Shown: positions 38,657-49,515 of the stretch, one piece after another
How positions within the stretch are numbered: position 1 is the first letter of the stretch
Layout: every line of letters starts with the position of its first letter
From: an uncultured Desulfobacter sp.
GTDB lineage: Bacteria > Desulfobacterota > Desulfobacteria > Desulfobacterales > Desulfobacteraceae
DNA length: 64,000 nucleotides
Direction of reading: 5' to 3'
NCBI GenBank assembly: GCA_963665095.1
Contig: OY762069.1
Coordinates: 5,632,001 to 5,696,000, forward strand
The notes under the pieces: generated by a model
What the model saw: the letters and a program-made list of their open reading frames with translations, nothing else
Told to the model about the DNA's origin: nothing
Databases searched by the model: none
Translations under genes and position numbers: made by a program

Positions 38657-40138
38657 TTATAAGATCACCTGGTTTTTCTTCAGTCTGTAGTTTTGCTGTT
38701 CCTTTTGTTCAGTGATGTAATCGCTCAGTGCTTTTTCAATGGCCGGATCTATATCTGGTTTTTCATACTGGTCCAGCCGCTGTTTTAAAATTTTCGATGT
38801 TGCCTGGGCAGCGGACAGTGCACCCTGGGCATGCCACTTTGAATAGTCCTTTCTGTTAAACAGGCTGGTCTGGGATAAAATTCTGAATTGTTCAAATGTC
38901 TTGGGGTGACAAAGATACTGGCCTCCGATGCCGATCTCGGTAATGGTCTCTAAATCAAGGGCTGTATCACTGACATCTATGGGCTGCATCAGCTGCTTAA
39001 GCGTTGTACACACCTGCTCGTCAATGATCCATTTTTCAAAACTCACAGCGATATAGGAACCTATCTGACCACAGGCGTGGTAGATAAAATCCGCACCGTT
39101 TCTCATGACCGTGTTCAGCATCAGGACAGACTCGGCCATGGCCTGGGCATCAGGGATATGGGCATCTGTCAGACCGCCGCCCGTACGGCAGGGCAGATTA
39201 TAAAAATGAGCCAGCTGGATGGCGGCACTGGCAATTTTGACGGTTTCCACGGCGCCTACGGCCCCCACCATGGTTTTCATGTCCAAAGGAGCGGACGTGG
39301 TGCCGTAGATAACAGGGGCACCAGGACTCACAAGCTGGGTTAAAACAACGCCTGCCAGGATTTCAGCATTGGCAAGGGCCAGCAAAGAGGCAAGGGAAAC
39401 AGGTCCGGTACCCCCTGCCAGGATCATATTGGTAATAACGATTGGCTGGTTGTAAGCGGCCATCTCCACAAGGGCCTGGGTTTGTTCCCGGGAATACCGC
39501 AGAGGTGACAGGACATTGACGATTGAGGCCATCACCGGAATGGTTTTAAGTTTTTCTTTTCCGCCAAACAGGATACCTGCCATCTCCAGGGTATCTCTGG
39601 CCATGGGGCCGGAACCGGTGGCTCCGAGCATGGGCTTATCGCACAGGGTCATGTAGTTGAACATCATGTCCAGATGGGCGGTTTCCGCATCCACATCTCC
39701 GGGATGCACCATGAGATATCCGCCCATGTCCAGCAGATCAGAGGTCTGAATCAGCTTGCAGGCCTTTTGAAAATCCGCCAGGGTTCCCCGGCGCTGGGTT
39801 CCGTCCATCTGAGCCACATTGGGTACGCCGCCGGTGGGCATGAGCACTGGCATGTTACCCCTGACATGAACGTTGTATTCAGGGTTCCTTGCGTAAATGG
39901 TAAAATCGGGAATTGTCGTAGATAAGGCTTTCTCAACTTGACTCTCAGAGAAGAAGATAACATTCTCTCGGGTTTTAAAACCGTTCTGATGAAACAGCTC
40001 TGTTACAGACGCATCGTTAAAGTTGATCCCTGTGGTTTCCAGAATTTCCACAGAGGCGTTGTGAATCAGCGACAAATCGCTGGATGATAAAAAAGGCATC
40101 CGCTCTTCCGGGCTGCCGGGGTGAAATGTTGTGTTCAT
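38657..40138 (-). CDS. Trimethylamine methyltransferase (MttB) superfamily protein, non-pyrrolysine
   Basis: SPLRY, GGTGPVSLA, GGGLTDAHIPDAQA; uninterrupted ORF. Confidence 0.9.
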   Translation of the reverse strand: MNTTFHPGSPEERMPFLSSSDLSLIHNASVEILETTGINFNDASVTELFHQNGFKTRENVIFFSESQVEKALSTTIPDFTIYARNPEYNVHVRGNMPVLMPTGGVPNVAQMDGTQRRGTLADFQKACKLIQTSDLLDMGGYLMVHPGDVDAETAHLDMMFNYMTLCDKPMLGATGSGPMARDTLEMAGILFGGKEKLKTIPVMASIVNVLSPLRYSREQTQALVEMAAYNQPIVITNMILAGGTGPVSLASLLALANAEILAGVVLTQLVSPGAPVIYGTTSAPLDMKTMVGAVGAVETVKIASAAIQLAHFYNLPCRTGGGLTDAHIPDAQAMAESVLMLNTVMRNGADFIYHACGQIGSYIAVSFEKWIIDEQVCTTLKQLMQPIDVSDTALDLETITEIGIGGQYLCHPKTFEQFRILSQTSLFNRKDYSKWHAQGALSAAQATSKILKQRLDQYEKPDIDPAIEKALSDYITEQKEQQNYRLKKNQVIL

Positions 40139-40165
40139 AGTTTTTCATCACACCAACAAAAAGGG

Positions 40166-42370
40166 TTAAATTGCCATTCGCGGATCATTCCGTTCCAGTG
40201 CCAGCTTCACCAGAGTTTCGGCGGGGATGTGGCACCGGATTTTATGACCGTTTGTAAGTTTTTGAAATTCCGGGGCCTTCTGCTCACAGATAAGTCCGTT
40301 TTCAGGCAACGCCGATCTGCGGGGACACCGGGTATGAAAAAAACACCCTGACGGTTGATTCATAGCGCTTGGCACGTCACCGGACAACTGGATCGGGTGT
40401 CTTTTTGATTTGGGATCCGGTATGGGAACCGATGAGAGCAACGCCTCTGTATAGGGGTGATACGGTGGGGGATAAATGGACTCCACCGGACCGAACTCCA
40501 CCACCTGGCCAAGGTATATGATTGCCACAAAATCTGAAATAAACCGGACCACACTCAAGTCATGGGCAATGAAAATCATGGTGGACCCCATATTCTCCTT
40601 GATTTCATTGAGCAGATTCAGGACCGCAGCCTGCACCGATACATCCAGGGCCGATACCGGTTCATCGCAGATAATCATGGAGGGCCGGGAGGCCAGGGCC
40701 CTAGCAATGCCAATGCGCTGTTTTTCCCCGCCGGACAGCTGCCTGGGATACCTGTCATAATAATAGGCAGACAGCTTCACCGATCTGAGCAGCCGCTCCA
40801 CCTCCTGGCGGACCTGGTTTCTGGGAACGGTTTTAAATTTTCTGATGGGCCGGGCAATCTGTTTGCCAATGCAGTAGGAGGGGTTCAGGGTGGAATCAGG
40901 ATTCTGGAATACCATCTGGAGCTCCCGAATAGTTGACAGATCCCTTGACTTCACCGGCATGCCGATATCGATCCCCATGAGTTCGGCTTTTCCACCGGTC
41001 AGGGGCTCAAGGCCGATCAAGCCTTTGACAAAGGTGCTCTTCCCGCATCCTGACTCTCCAACCACCCCCACTGTGGCGTTTTTGGGAACGGTCAGCGACA
41101 CATCATCCACAGCTTTGACATACTTTTTCTCCCCAAGGCCAATGAGCCCTTTCAGAGACCGGCTTTTATTTTTATAAAAAACTTTTAGATTCCGTGCCTT
41201 GAGAAGCGTCTCTTCCGATGCAAGATCACTGTCTTCATCAATGGAGTGGATCAATTTTTTGCGCTGTCCCTTGGCGTATTCATTCCAGGGCAGCTTCAAA
41301 GGCTCCCGGCCCAGGAAACATCTGGAACGGTGATCATCTGAAATATTAACAAGTTCCGGATGCCGGCGGGTACAGTGGGCCACCAGCTCCTCATTAAACT
41401 CAAGGCGTTTGCCGTCGGCAGGCACCCCTTCCCCGGTCTTGCTGCCGTATTTCCTGGAGTGGCTGAGCCAGTCACAGCGGGGGGCAAAAATACAGGCATC
41501 AGCCGTACGCTCTGACGGATGGGGTACCCGTCCCCGGATGGACCACAGCCGGTTGTTGGAGATATTATCCCCGAGCCGGGGCACACAACATAAAAGCCCC
41601 CGGGTATAGGGATGGGCCGGTTCCTCAAACATCTCTTCTATGCCGCTTTCCTCCACCATCTCTCCGGCATACATGACACAGAGCCGGTCGCTGACCTTGG
41701 CCACCACCCCTAAATTATGGGTGATGAAAATAATACCGGTGTTAAAATCTTTTTTAAGGTCTTCGATGAGCTCCAGAACCGCTGCCTCCACGGTCACATC
41801 CAGGGCGGTGGTGGGTTCATCCATGATCAGAAGGGATGGGTTGTTAAGCAGTGCCATGGCAATGATCACCCGCTGCTGCTGACCTCCGGAGATCATATGG
41901 GGATACCGTTTCATGACATTGGCGGGATCGGGCATATAAACCCGTTCCAGCATGGCAATGCATTTGTCCTTTGCCTGGGTGGCAGTAATGTTCTGATGGG
42001 CCGTTAACACTTCGGTCAGCTGGGACCCGATGGTCAGTGACGGGTTGAGCGCCTGCATGGGGTCCTGGTAGACCATGGAGATGTTATTGCCCCTAAGCCT
42101 TCGCAGCTCTGCCTTGGAAGCGCCCACCATCTCCTTGCCCATGAACTTGATGGAGCCGTTGACGATTTTTCCGTTGGCCCCTAAAAAATCAAGGATGCCG
42201 AATGCAATGGTTGTTTTCCCACACCCCGATTCCCCCACAACACCGATGGTCTCTTTCTGCCGGACCGTAAAGCTTACGCCTCTAACCGCCGGCACCAGCC
42301 GCTTGCGGGTCTGGTAAGAGATGGCAAGATCCTTAACTTCTAAAATCGGGACTTCATTACTTGTATCCAT
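40166..42370 (-). CDS. Fused DppD/DppF-type ABC ATPase
   Basis: Two GESGCGK motifs, ISGGQQQR and LSGGEKQR, HPYT and Cys-rich oligopeptide-type tails. Confidence 0.93.
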   Translation of the reverse strand: MDTSNEVPILEVKDLAISYQTRKRLVPAVRGVSFTVRQKETIGVVGESGCGKTTIAFGILDFLGANGKIVNGSIKFMGKEMVGASKAELRRLRGNNISMVYQDPMQALNPSLTIGSQLTEVLTAHQNITATQAKDKCIAMLERVYMPDPANVMKRYPHMISGGQQQRVIIAMALLNNPSLLIMDEPTTALDVTVEAAVLELIEDLKKDFNTGIIFITHNLGVVAKVSDRLCVMYAGEMVEESGIEEMFEEPAHPYTRGLLCCVPRLGDNISNNRLWSIRGRVPHPSERTADACIFAPRCDWLSHSRKYGSKTGEGVPADGKRLEFNEELVAHCTRRHPELVNISDDHRSRCFLGREPLKLPWNEYAKGQRKKLIHSIDEDSDLASEETLLKARNLKVFYKNKSRSLKGLIGLGEKKYVKAVDDVSLTVPKNATVGVVGESGCGKSTFVKGLIGLEPLTGGKAELMGIDIGMPVKSRDLSTIRELQMVFQNPDSTLNPSYCIGKQIARPIRKFKTVPRNQVRQEVERLLRSVKLSAYYYDRYPRQLSGGEKQRIGIARALASRPSMIICDEPVSALDVSVQAAVLNLLNEIKENMGSTMIFIAHDLSVVRFISDFVAIIYLGQVVEFGPVESIYPPPYHPYTEALLSSVPIPDPKSKRHPIQLSGDVPSAMNQPSGCFFHTRCPRRSALPENGLICEQKAPEFQKLTNGHKIRCHIPAETLVKLALERNDPRMAI

Positions 42371-42444
42371 ATGAATATGAATCCTTTAAATTACCTGTAA
42401 GGTTATATCCAACAACTGCATTCTCTTGCCTTATCAGCGACATC

Positions 42445-43401
42445 TTACTGGTAACGCATGGACTCCTCCCGGATGCCGTCGGCCAGCAGATTCAAGCCCA
42501 CCACCAAAGATGCAATGGCAATGGACGGCCATAAAGCGGCCCAGGGACTGCCCGTTAAAATAAAGGCCCGGCCCTTGGCCACCATGCTGCCCCAGTCAGG
42601 CGATGGTGGCGGCATACCTAAGCCCAGAAATCCCAAGGTGCCCAAAGCAAAGATGGCATACCCAACCCTGAGCATGGCATCGATGATAATAGGCCCCCTG
42701 GTATTGGGCAGAATCTCAACAAACATAATGAACCAGGCACTTTCCCCCCGGGTCTCTGCGGCCCGGATATACTCCCGGGTTTTAATATCCAGGGTCAGGC
42801 TGCGCACAAGCCGGGCAATGCCCGGCACCCCCACAATGGCAATGGCAATGACCACATTTATGGCCGAGGCGCCAATGGCAGCCACGATGATCAGGTACAG
42901 AAGAATCACCGGAATGGCCATCATGGCATCAAGCAGGCGCATGACGATTTCATCCACCCACCCGCCTTTATAACCGCCGTACAACCCTAAAAAGGCCCCG
43001 ACAAAAAGGGAGACAACCACCCCCCAGATGGCCGTACCCCCGGGCAGGGCAATTTTTTCATTAATGGGCAGCACCACCAGCACCACCCGGGCCCCGTAAA
43101 TAAGCCGGGCCCAAAGATCCCGGCCCAGTTCATCGGTCCCCAGAACATGCTGGGCAGACGGTCCCTGGTTGGGGGCCTTCCAATCCTGATCGTAGGGGGT
43201 GTACTGGGTCAGATACGGGGCAAAGATGGCCACAAACACCCAGAAAAGGACGATAACAAGCCCGGTCATGGCTGTTTTGGAACTCCATAAAATGGATAAC
43301 ACCGCCTTGACCTTGCGGGTCTTCTGCCCGGTGTTGTTTTCAGTGCTGTCCGTTGTATCAGAACCACTCGTATCAGATGTGTTGCAATGGCTGTCAGGCA
43401 T
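42445..43401 (-). CDS. DppC/OppC-type permease
   Basis: LGTDELGRD, EYIRAA..RGE, LGFLGLG..PPSPDWG. Confidence 0.93.
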   Translation of the reverse strand: MPDSHCNTSDTSGSDTTDSTENNTGQKTRKVKAVLSILWSSKTAMTGLVIVLFWVFVAIFAPYLTQYTPYDQDWKAPNQGPSAQHVLGTDELGRDLWARLIYGARVVLVVLPINEKIALPGGTAIWGVVVSLFVGAFLGLYGGYKGGWVDEIVMRLLDAMMAIPVILLYLIIVAAIGASAINVVIAIAIVGVPGIARLVRSLTLDIKTREYIRAAETRGESAWFIMFVEILPNTRGPIIIDAMLRVGYAIFALGTLGFLGLGMPPPSPDWGSMVAKGRAFILTGSPWAALWPSIAIASLVVGLNLLADGIREESMRYQ

Positions 43402-44692
43402 ATCGGATCCTCGGGTTTAAAAAGGTGTAAATAATATCTGCCATAAGCTGGGTGCCCACAGCCGTGATCACCATGATCATGGCGCCGGCTTCCAGAGCAT
43501 TAAAATCCTTATAAAGAGCAGAATCCAGAAGATAGGCCCCAAGTCCGGGGTATCCGAAAACCACCTCCACAATGACAATGCCGCCTAAAAGCCAGTTCAC
43601 ATGCAGCATGATCACCGTAATGGGTGCAATCAAAGCGTTTCTGACGGCGTGCTTGATGACGACCTTTGAATAGGGCAGCCCTTTAAGAAAGGCTGTCCGG
43701 ATATAGGGGGATTTCATCACCTCCACCATGGAGGCCCGGGTGATTCTCAGCACATACCCAAGTTCTATCAGGGTCAGGGTTAAAACCGGCAGGATGAGCA
43801 TCATGGGTTTTTCCCAGGGCGGGGCGTCGCCCAGGACGGCGGCCCCGGGAAACCACCCCAGCCACACGGAAAAAATCAGGGTCAAAAATATTCCCGTGGC
43901 AAATTCAGGAATGACGGAAAACATCATGCCGCCAATGGAAAGAATCCGATCCGGCAACGACCCTTCCTTTAATCCGGCCACCATGCCGAAGAACAGGGCC
44001 AGGGGCATGACGATGATAAAAGCCGCAGAAGCAAGGACAATGGAATTTCTCAACCGGATAAATAGGGATTTACTGACCGGGCGGCCGGTCCTGAAGGAGA
44101 TGCCGGGATCGCCCCTGAGAAATCCTTTTTTCAAAGGGATATACTCCTTAGGGCCGCCCAGGGTCTCCATCCACCCTTTGCCTGTGATGAAACTCCAGAC
44201 CTTTTCCGTATCCCCGGACACCCATCTGACGGCATGGTTTTGATTATCAACGCCCCAGAATTGCTTTTTTCCATCTTCCAGAGCTTCCCAGCGCTGGTTG
44301 TCTTTCTCTTCGCGGACAGTGCCGTCAGCCGCACGAATCAAGGCAACCAGATCGTTTTCAACCACTTTCCACCGGACAAGAGTTCCGTCCTTTTTAACAG
44401 CCCACCACTCCTCAAACCCCTCATCCGTATTAATTTTGGTTAACGGCAGGCCTATTTTTTTTTCAGCAATAAAATCATTGCCAATGACCCAGTGCAGATA
44501 CCGTGTGGTCATGGGCTTATCCAGACCGTTCTGACTGATAAACGACGCCTCCTGTTCAGGTGTGATAAATGCACCCAGGACGTTTTTTGCGATATTGCCC
44601 GGGGAAGACTCGGCAATAAAAAACACCGCAATGGAGACAAACACCATGGTGAGGAATAGAAGCATAAAACGTCTGAGGATAAATACGGTCAT
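43394..44692 (-). CDS. DppB/OppB-type permease with large inserted extracytoplasmic loop
   Basis: FILRRF, GDPGISF, YIRTAFLKGL, VEVVFGYPGLG. Confidence 0.92.
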   Translation of the reverse strand: MTVFILRRFMLLFLTMVFVSIAVFFIAESSPGNIAKNVLGAFITPEQEASFISQNGLDKPMTTRYLHWVIGNDFIAEKKIGLPLTKINTDEGFEEWWAVKKDGTLVRWKVVENDLVALIRAADGTVREEKDNQRWEALEDGKKQFWGVDNQNHAVRWVSGDTEKVWSFITGKGWMETLGGPKEYIPLKKGFLRGDPGISFRTGRPVSKSLFIRLRNSIVLASAAFIIVMPLALFFGMVAGLKEGSLPDRILSIGGMMFSVIPEFATGIFLTLIFSVWLGWFPGAAVLGDAPPWEKPMMLILPVLTLTLIELGYVLRITRASMVEVMKSPYIRTAFLKGLPYSKVVIKHAVRNALIAPITVIMLHVNWLLGGIVIVEVVFGYPGLGAYLLDSALYKDFNALEAGAMIMVITAVGTQLMADIIYTFLNPRIRYA

Positions 44693-44737
44693 ATTACTTC
44701 CTTTTGCAGCTAAGAAGGAAATGGTCAAAATCAACCA

Positions 44738-44770
44738 GGATATGGCCCCAGACGTCATGGGGCCATATCC
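44738..44770. terminator. 13-bp perfect hairpin after the binding-protein gene (mRNA stabiliser or partial terminator)
   Basis: ggatatggcccca-gacgtca-tggggccatatcc. Confidence 0.7.
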
Positions 44771-44802
44771 CGCTGACATTAAGCCGGATATAAACTTAGA
44801 AA

Positions 44803-46449
44803 CTAGCCGTTGACCCAGACATCATCCAGTTTCAGATAGAGACTGGGGTGGCCTTTCACGTTCTGCACCCGTTTTCTGGCCATGGTCCAGACATTGATCC
44901 AGAAGGCATTGGCAATGGAGCCTCTCTCCTGCTGGATTTTTTCAAGCTTGCAGAAAATCTTGCGGCGTTTATCCACATCCAGTGTGCCGTTGGCCTGGGT
45001 GAGCAGCGTGGTGAACTCTTCATCCACCCAGTTGGTTTCATTCCATGCGGCAGGTTTGCCGTCCGGGCCTGCGATATAGGCAAGGTTCAGAACCATGGTT
45101 CCCAAGGGACGATGGGCCCAGGTGGTAATGCCTAAGTCCACCTCAGTCCATTTTTCCCAGTATTGCGAGTTGGGCATGGTCTGAATATTGATTCTTAATC
45201 CTGCGGGGGCGGCATCCTGTTTCAGGATTTCAGCGTACCGGACGATTTCGGTCCATCCGCTGCCAACGGCAAGGTTGACATCTATACCATTGGGATACCC
45301 GGCTTCGGCCAGAAGCTGCTTGGCTTTGGCAGGATCATATTTGGGAGTGTCGATGTCACAGTATTCCGGATGTTTGGGGCTGACATGCATATCCTGGCCC
45401 AGCAGGCCCTCACCAAAATAGGCAAGGCCTAAGATCTTTTCTCTGTTCTGGCACAGTTTCAAAGCCTGACGGACACGGTTGTCATCCCAGGGTTTTTTAT
45501 CCACTCTCATGCGCAGAATACGGGTCTGGTTGGTGGTACACGGATAAATATTGATATTTTTGTCGTTTTTCAGTGCCAGGTAGGCTTCTGCACCGCCGAG
45601 GTCCGAAAAGTCTATCAAATCGATGTCACCGGACTTCATGGCGGAAACCATGGCCGGGACTTCAGTTCCCATGTCCACAAATTCTATTGTGTCCAGATAG
45701 GGCAGCGCCCCGCCGGCGGCATCTTTTCGCCAGTAGCCGTCTCTTCTTTTCAGGACACAGCGTTCCCCTTCAATGTATTTCTCCAGGGTATAGGGACCGG
45801 TGCCGTGGGGCGCCTTGACCAGATCGCCTTCAAATGTCTTATGGTTCATCACCATGGCCGGATAGTGAAACAAATGTTCAGGCACGGCAATTTCCGCATG
45901 TTTCAGGTGCAGTTTCACCTGGTAGTCATTGACCCTTTCAATGTCTGAGGGCGACAGATATGACCCCACCATTCCCATCATGGATGATCCCACATCTTTG
46001 TTCAACCACTGGTTAAAGGTGAAGATCACATCGTCTGCGGTAAAGGTGTCTCCGTTGTTGAACTTGACCCCTTTTCTTACGTTCAGGGTCCAGGTTTTTA
46101 AATCATCACTGGCCTGCCAGTTTTCAAGAAGATAGGGATGGGTCACATTGTTTTCGTCGGTATAGGTCAGATACTCCGCGACCTGGCGAAGCATGTTGGT
46201 CCCTGAAATCCAGGAAAACTGAGCAGGATGGGTGACTTTCTGGACCGGGGCCGCAATCTTAATGGAACCGCCTTTTTTAATGCCGGCGGCCAAGAGTTTT
46301 TTGGGCCATGCAAGTCCTGCCATCTGGGTGGCGGTATATGCAGAGACGCCCAACAGTGCAGAGTAGCGAATGAATTCGCGCCTGCTCAGTTTGCCCTTTT
46401 CCAAATCATTTTTTAGATCTTTAACTGATGGATGCAATTTCTTACTCAT
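44803..46449 (-). CDS. Family-5 (DppA-like) substrate-binding protein with Tat signal
   Basis: LSRREFI, RKGVKFNNG, GTGPY. Confidence 0.93.
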   Translation of the reverse strand: MSKKLHPSVKDLKNDLEKGKLSRREFIRYSALLGVSAYTATQMAGLAWPKKLLAAGIKKGGSIKIAAPVQKVTHPAQFSWISGTNMLRQVAEYLTYTDENNVTHPYLLENWQASDDLKTWTLNVRKGVKFNNGDTFTADDVIFTFNQWLNKDVGSSMMGMVGSYLSPSDIERVNDYQVKLHLKHAEIAVPEHLFHYPAMVMNHKTFEGDLVKAPHGTGPYTLEKYIEGERCVLKRRDGYWRKDAAGGALPYLDTIEFVDMGTEVPAMVSAMKSGDIDLIDFSDLGGAEAYLALKNDKNINIYPCTTNQTRILRMRVDKKPWDDNRVRQALKLCQNREKILGLAYFGEGLLGQDMHVSPKHPEYCDIDTPKYDPAKAKQLLAEAGYPNGIDVNLAVGSGWTEIVRYAEILKQDAAPAGLRINIQTMPNSQYWEKWTEVDLGITTWAHRPLGTMVLNLAYIAGPDGKPAAWNETNWVDEEFTTLLTQANGTLDVDKRRKIFCKLEKIQQERGSIANAFWINVWTMARKRVQNVKGHPSLYLKLDDVWVNG

Positions 46450-46509
46450 GTCTTCCTCCCTTTCTTTTACATTAAATAAAGGTGCTTTGGCCCGAACATG
46501 TTTATCTTT

Positions 46510-47817
46510 TTATCCGATTACGGAAAAAGTTGAATCCTCATTAATCTCCCTGTTTCTGCTGAAGAAACCGATATTCAGCGTGCGATCGATATACTTCATC
46601 TTATATTGATATGGCTCTGTATCATGGTCGTTTCCGTTCTCGCAGTATTGAATCAGTTCTGACATGAATGCACCCACCACCGGGGCATTTTTAAACTGGT
46701 TCCCGCTGGTGCCGATGGCAAGGTAAAATCCCGGCAGACTTGATTTATCGTAAATGGGGTACCAGTCATCAGATAGATCGTAAAGGTCCACCAGCCCCTT
46801 GGACTGATTGGGAATCTTTAGAATCGGCATGCGCATGGCCTCCCGGCAGGCCTGGGTCCTGTTCAGGTCTGTATGTTCCGTGTTGTAATCGTCCGGATCT
46901 ACATATTCCAGCGGGTCACACTTGGGTTCTTCACTGCCGATAAGAATATGATTCCCGGTTTCCGGACGGGTATAGACCCCTGTATCACTGTCTGAGGTAA
47001 TGACCCCTGTTTTTTCCCAGTCAATGCCGTCCGGACTTGGGACATGGGCCACTTCCACGCGAAGAGCCCTGGTTTTAATATTCATCTGGTCTATAATACC
47101 GGCCATCTCATTGATCTTGCTGGAGTGGGGTCCTGCCACATTTATAACCACAGGGGCGTTGATGGTGGTGCCGTCTTCCAGGGTAATCCCTGCCACCCGC
47201 CCGTCTTTTTTCAGAATCTCCACGACGTTTGCATTGAACAAAAAATCTCCCCCCACATGTCTTGTCGCCATTTCAACATTGTGTGTGGAGAGTTTCGGAT
47301 CACTGATATACCCGGATTCAGGCACATAGAGCGCTCCGTTCACGGTGCTCCCGGTGGGCATGCCGAAATCAGGGTCGTCCATTCTTTTCTGCGGATGAAA
47401 AGAACGGATGTCCACGCCCGGGATGTAGTCCTTAAGCTGATCCGGTTCGATATCCAGAAACCCCACACCAAGACTTTTGAGGGACGTTTTGATTTTGGTT
47501 AAATTGTGGTTGAGTTCGGTTTTAAAAACAAGGGCGCCTGTGTTCTTGTAATAGGCAATCCCGTCCGGATCATCCGCACCCAGGTACTTTGGCCAGTCCA
47601 GCCAGTAATAATATCCTTCCCTGGCCAGGGCCACCCCCTCAGGAGAGGAGTAATAAAGCCGTATAATGGCGCAGGAAGCGGCGGTGGAACCGAATCCAGA
47701 CCCGCTGAGTCTGTCCACACTCAGGGTCTTGAAGCCTTTTTGGGCAAGTTCATAGCTGATGCAGTTCCCGATAATTCCGGTACCGATGATAACGGCGTCG
47801 TAATTTTTGCTGGTCAT
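46510..47817 (-). CDS. FAD-dependent oxidoreductase (DAO/sarcosine oxidase beta-like)
   Basis: IIGTGIIG, GSTAAS, VINVAGP, GTSGNQFKNAP. Confidence 0.9.
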   Translation of the reverse strand: MTSKNYDAVIIGTGIIGNCISYELAQKGFKTLSVDRLSGSGFGSTAASCAIIRLYYSSPEGVALAREGYYYWLDWPKYLGADDPDGIAYYKNTGALVFKTELNHNLTKIKTSLKSLGVGFLDIEPDQLKDYIPGVDIRSFHPQKRMDDPDFGMPTGSTVNGALYVPESGYISDPKLSTHNVEMATRHVGGDFLFNANVVEILKKDGRVAGITLEDGTTINAPVVINVAGPHSSKINEMAGIIDQMNIKTRALRVEVAHVPSPDGIDWEKTGVITSDSDTGVYTRPETGNHILIGSEEPKCDPLEYVDPDDYNTEHTDLNRTQACREAMRMPILKIPNQSKGLVDLYDLSDDWYPIYDKSSLPGFYLAIGTSGNQFKNAPVVGAFMSELIQYCENGNDHDTEPYQYKMKYIDRTLNIGFFSRNREINEDSTFSVIG

Positions 47818-47946
47818 TTTTTATATTCCGATCATGTTCTAAATATTCAACGGTAGCCCCCCAACATTGCATGATTTTTTTTAAGCGGCAACCTTAAGTG
47901 CCCTGAAACTAAAATCTTCATGACTTCTGCAACAGGGGAGTAAGCC

Positions 47947-49434
47947 CTATCTCTCTTTTTCCTTTTTTGCCAGAATCTCTTTTTCCCCTTCCTTTTGCAG
48001 CCTTTCCAGCTCGGAGATGACCTTATCTGACAGGGGTTCGGGCGTGTGGGTCTGGGTAAGATGTTCAATCTGCTCTTTTACCCGGTCGGCCATGGTCAGC
48101 TGGCCTGTGGCATTCCAGGTTTCAATATTCTGACGGTTAAAAAGCCTGGAGGACCACAGTTCTTCCTTGAAATGCTCTCTTGTGTGGGGTTGAACCAGAA
48201 AATGTCCCCCCGGGCCCACGTCTTCAATAATCTGCCGGGCCAGGGTCTCCTTTGTGACCTTGATGCCCTGCACAAAACGCCGGGTCATGCCCACCACCTC
48301 ATTACCCATGACCAGCTGTTCCAGGGAGCATGCCATGCCTGACGCCATGTATCCCACATCATGGATTAAATTTAAGCCCGAAAGCCCCTGGCTGAGAATG
48401 GAAAACGCACTCTCAAGGCCGGACTGGACATCCAGCAGTTTGGAATCAGTGGCCCCTGCCAGTCCCCAGGAGGGTAAATTAAATGAATTTGCCACCTCGG
48501 CCTGGGCGGCCAGGGCCAGATTGTTTTCCGGTGCCCCCATGGCCATCAGTGCGGTCCGCATATCAAGAATGCCGACGTTTCCGCTCATGGAGACAGGGCA
48601 TCCTCTGTTCCTGAGCTGGGCAATGGTAATATGGACCAGGGACTCCGCCGTAATCTGGGAGATCAGCCCTGCCAGGGTAACCGGCCCTGTGGCGCCGGCC
48701 TGTACAGTGGAACCGGAGAGCTGGGGCATAAAGCGGTCTGCGGCAACAAGGATACGTGCCACCACTTCATCAGGAAAAAACAGCGGGGCTATGGCTTCGG
48801 GGTAGGCAATGATAAAGGGCTTTTCCCTTAATTTGTCCTGACCGCCGGCAATGACGGAGGCCATTTCATATACATATTCACTGCCCAGCCCGGAATAGCT
48901 GATAAATACGGCGGGCTTGGTGGTATTGGAAACCATGGTGGGGAATTCATACATTTCCGCAGCATCTGCAGGTACGTCCTGGGCGGTTCCCATGGGCATA
49001 ACAAAATCAATCTCGTTCAGGGCATCGGCCACTTTTGCCCCTAATGCAATATCATTGAGAGATGTTTTCCGGATCTCTCCCGAAAAGGCGTCCCGGGTAA
49101 ACGGCGAGGCGGTGGAGGTCCCGTAATGACTTTTCTCCCCTTCAACCTCCATGGCCCGTCTGCCTGTCCGGTCATAAATGGTCCATCCCTGGGGGACACT
49201 TTTCAGACACTCCTGGACAATATATTTCGGGATTTTAATGTTATTGCCGTTGATCCACGCACCTGCCTGTTTCATCATTTTGTGAACAGCCTTGTGCCCG
49301 CATTTAAATCCAACCTTTTCAACAATGTCAAAAGCAGCCTGTCGGATTTCCCAGATCTGATCGTCGGTCAGTATTTTCATGCCGACAGATCTGGATTGAA
49401 TATTTGAAGACTGGATCAAGTTTGTTTCCTCCAA
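47947..49434 (-). CDS. MttB superfamily methyltransferase, non-pyrrolysine
   Basis: GATGPVTLAG, LAGATDSKLLDVQSG, NLIHDVG, VGPGGHFL. Confidence 0.9.
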   Translation of the reverse strand: MEETNLIQSSNIQSRSVGMKILTDDQIWEIRQAAFDIVEKVGFKCGHKAVHKMMKQAGAWINGNNIKIPKYIVQECLKSVPQGWTIYDRTGRRAMEVEGEKSHYGTSTASPFTRDAFSGEIRKTSLNDIALGAKVADALNEIDFVMPMGTAQDVPADAAEMYEFPTMVSNTTKPAVFISYSGLGSEYVYEMASVIAGGQDKLREKPFIIAYPEAIAPLFFPDEVVARILVAADRFMPQLSGSTVQAGATGPVTLAGLISQITAESLVHITIAQLRNRGCPVSMSGNVGILDMRTALMAMGAPENNLALAAQAEVANSFNLPSWGLAGATDSKLLDVQSGLESAFSILSQGLSGLNLIHDVGYMASGMACSLEQLVMGNEVVGMTRRFVQGIKVTKETLARQIIEDVGPGGHFLVQPHTREHFKEELWSSRLFNRQNIETWNATGQLTMADRVKEQIEHLTQTHTPEPLSDKVISELERLQKEGEKEILAKKEKER

Positions 49435-49515
49435 ATGTTAAAGTTCCAATTAATTGTTAAACTGCCTTGGCTGCAGATTGGCGCGGGTACCGGCAGGCCG
49501 GAACCTCCACCGCGT

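Noticed and set aside
38657..49434. Pyrrolysine-containing MttB
   Set aside because: Both ORFs are full length with no in-frame TAG.
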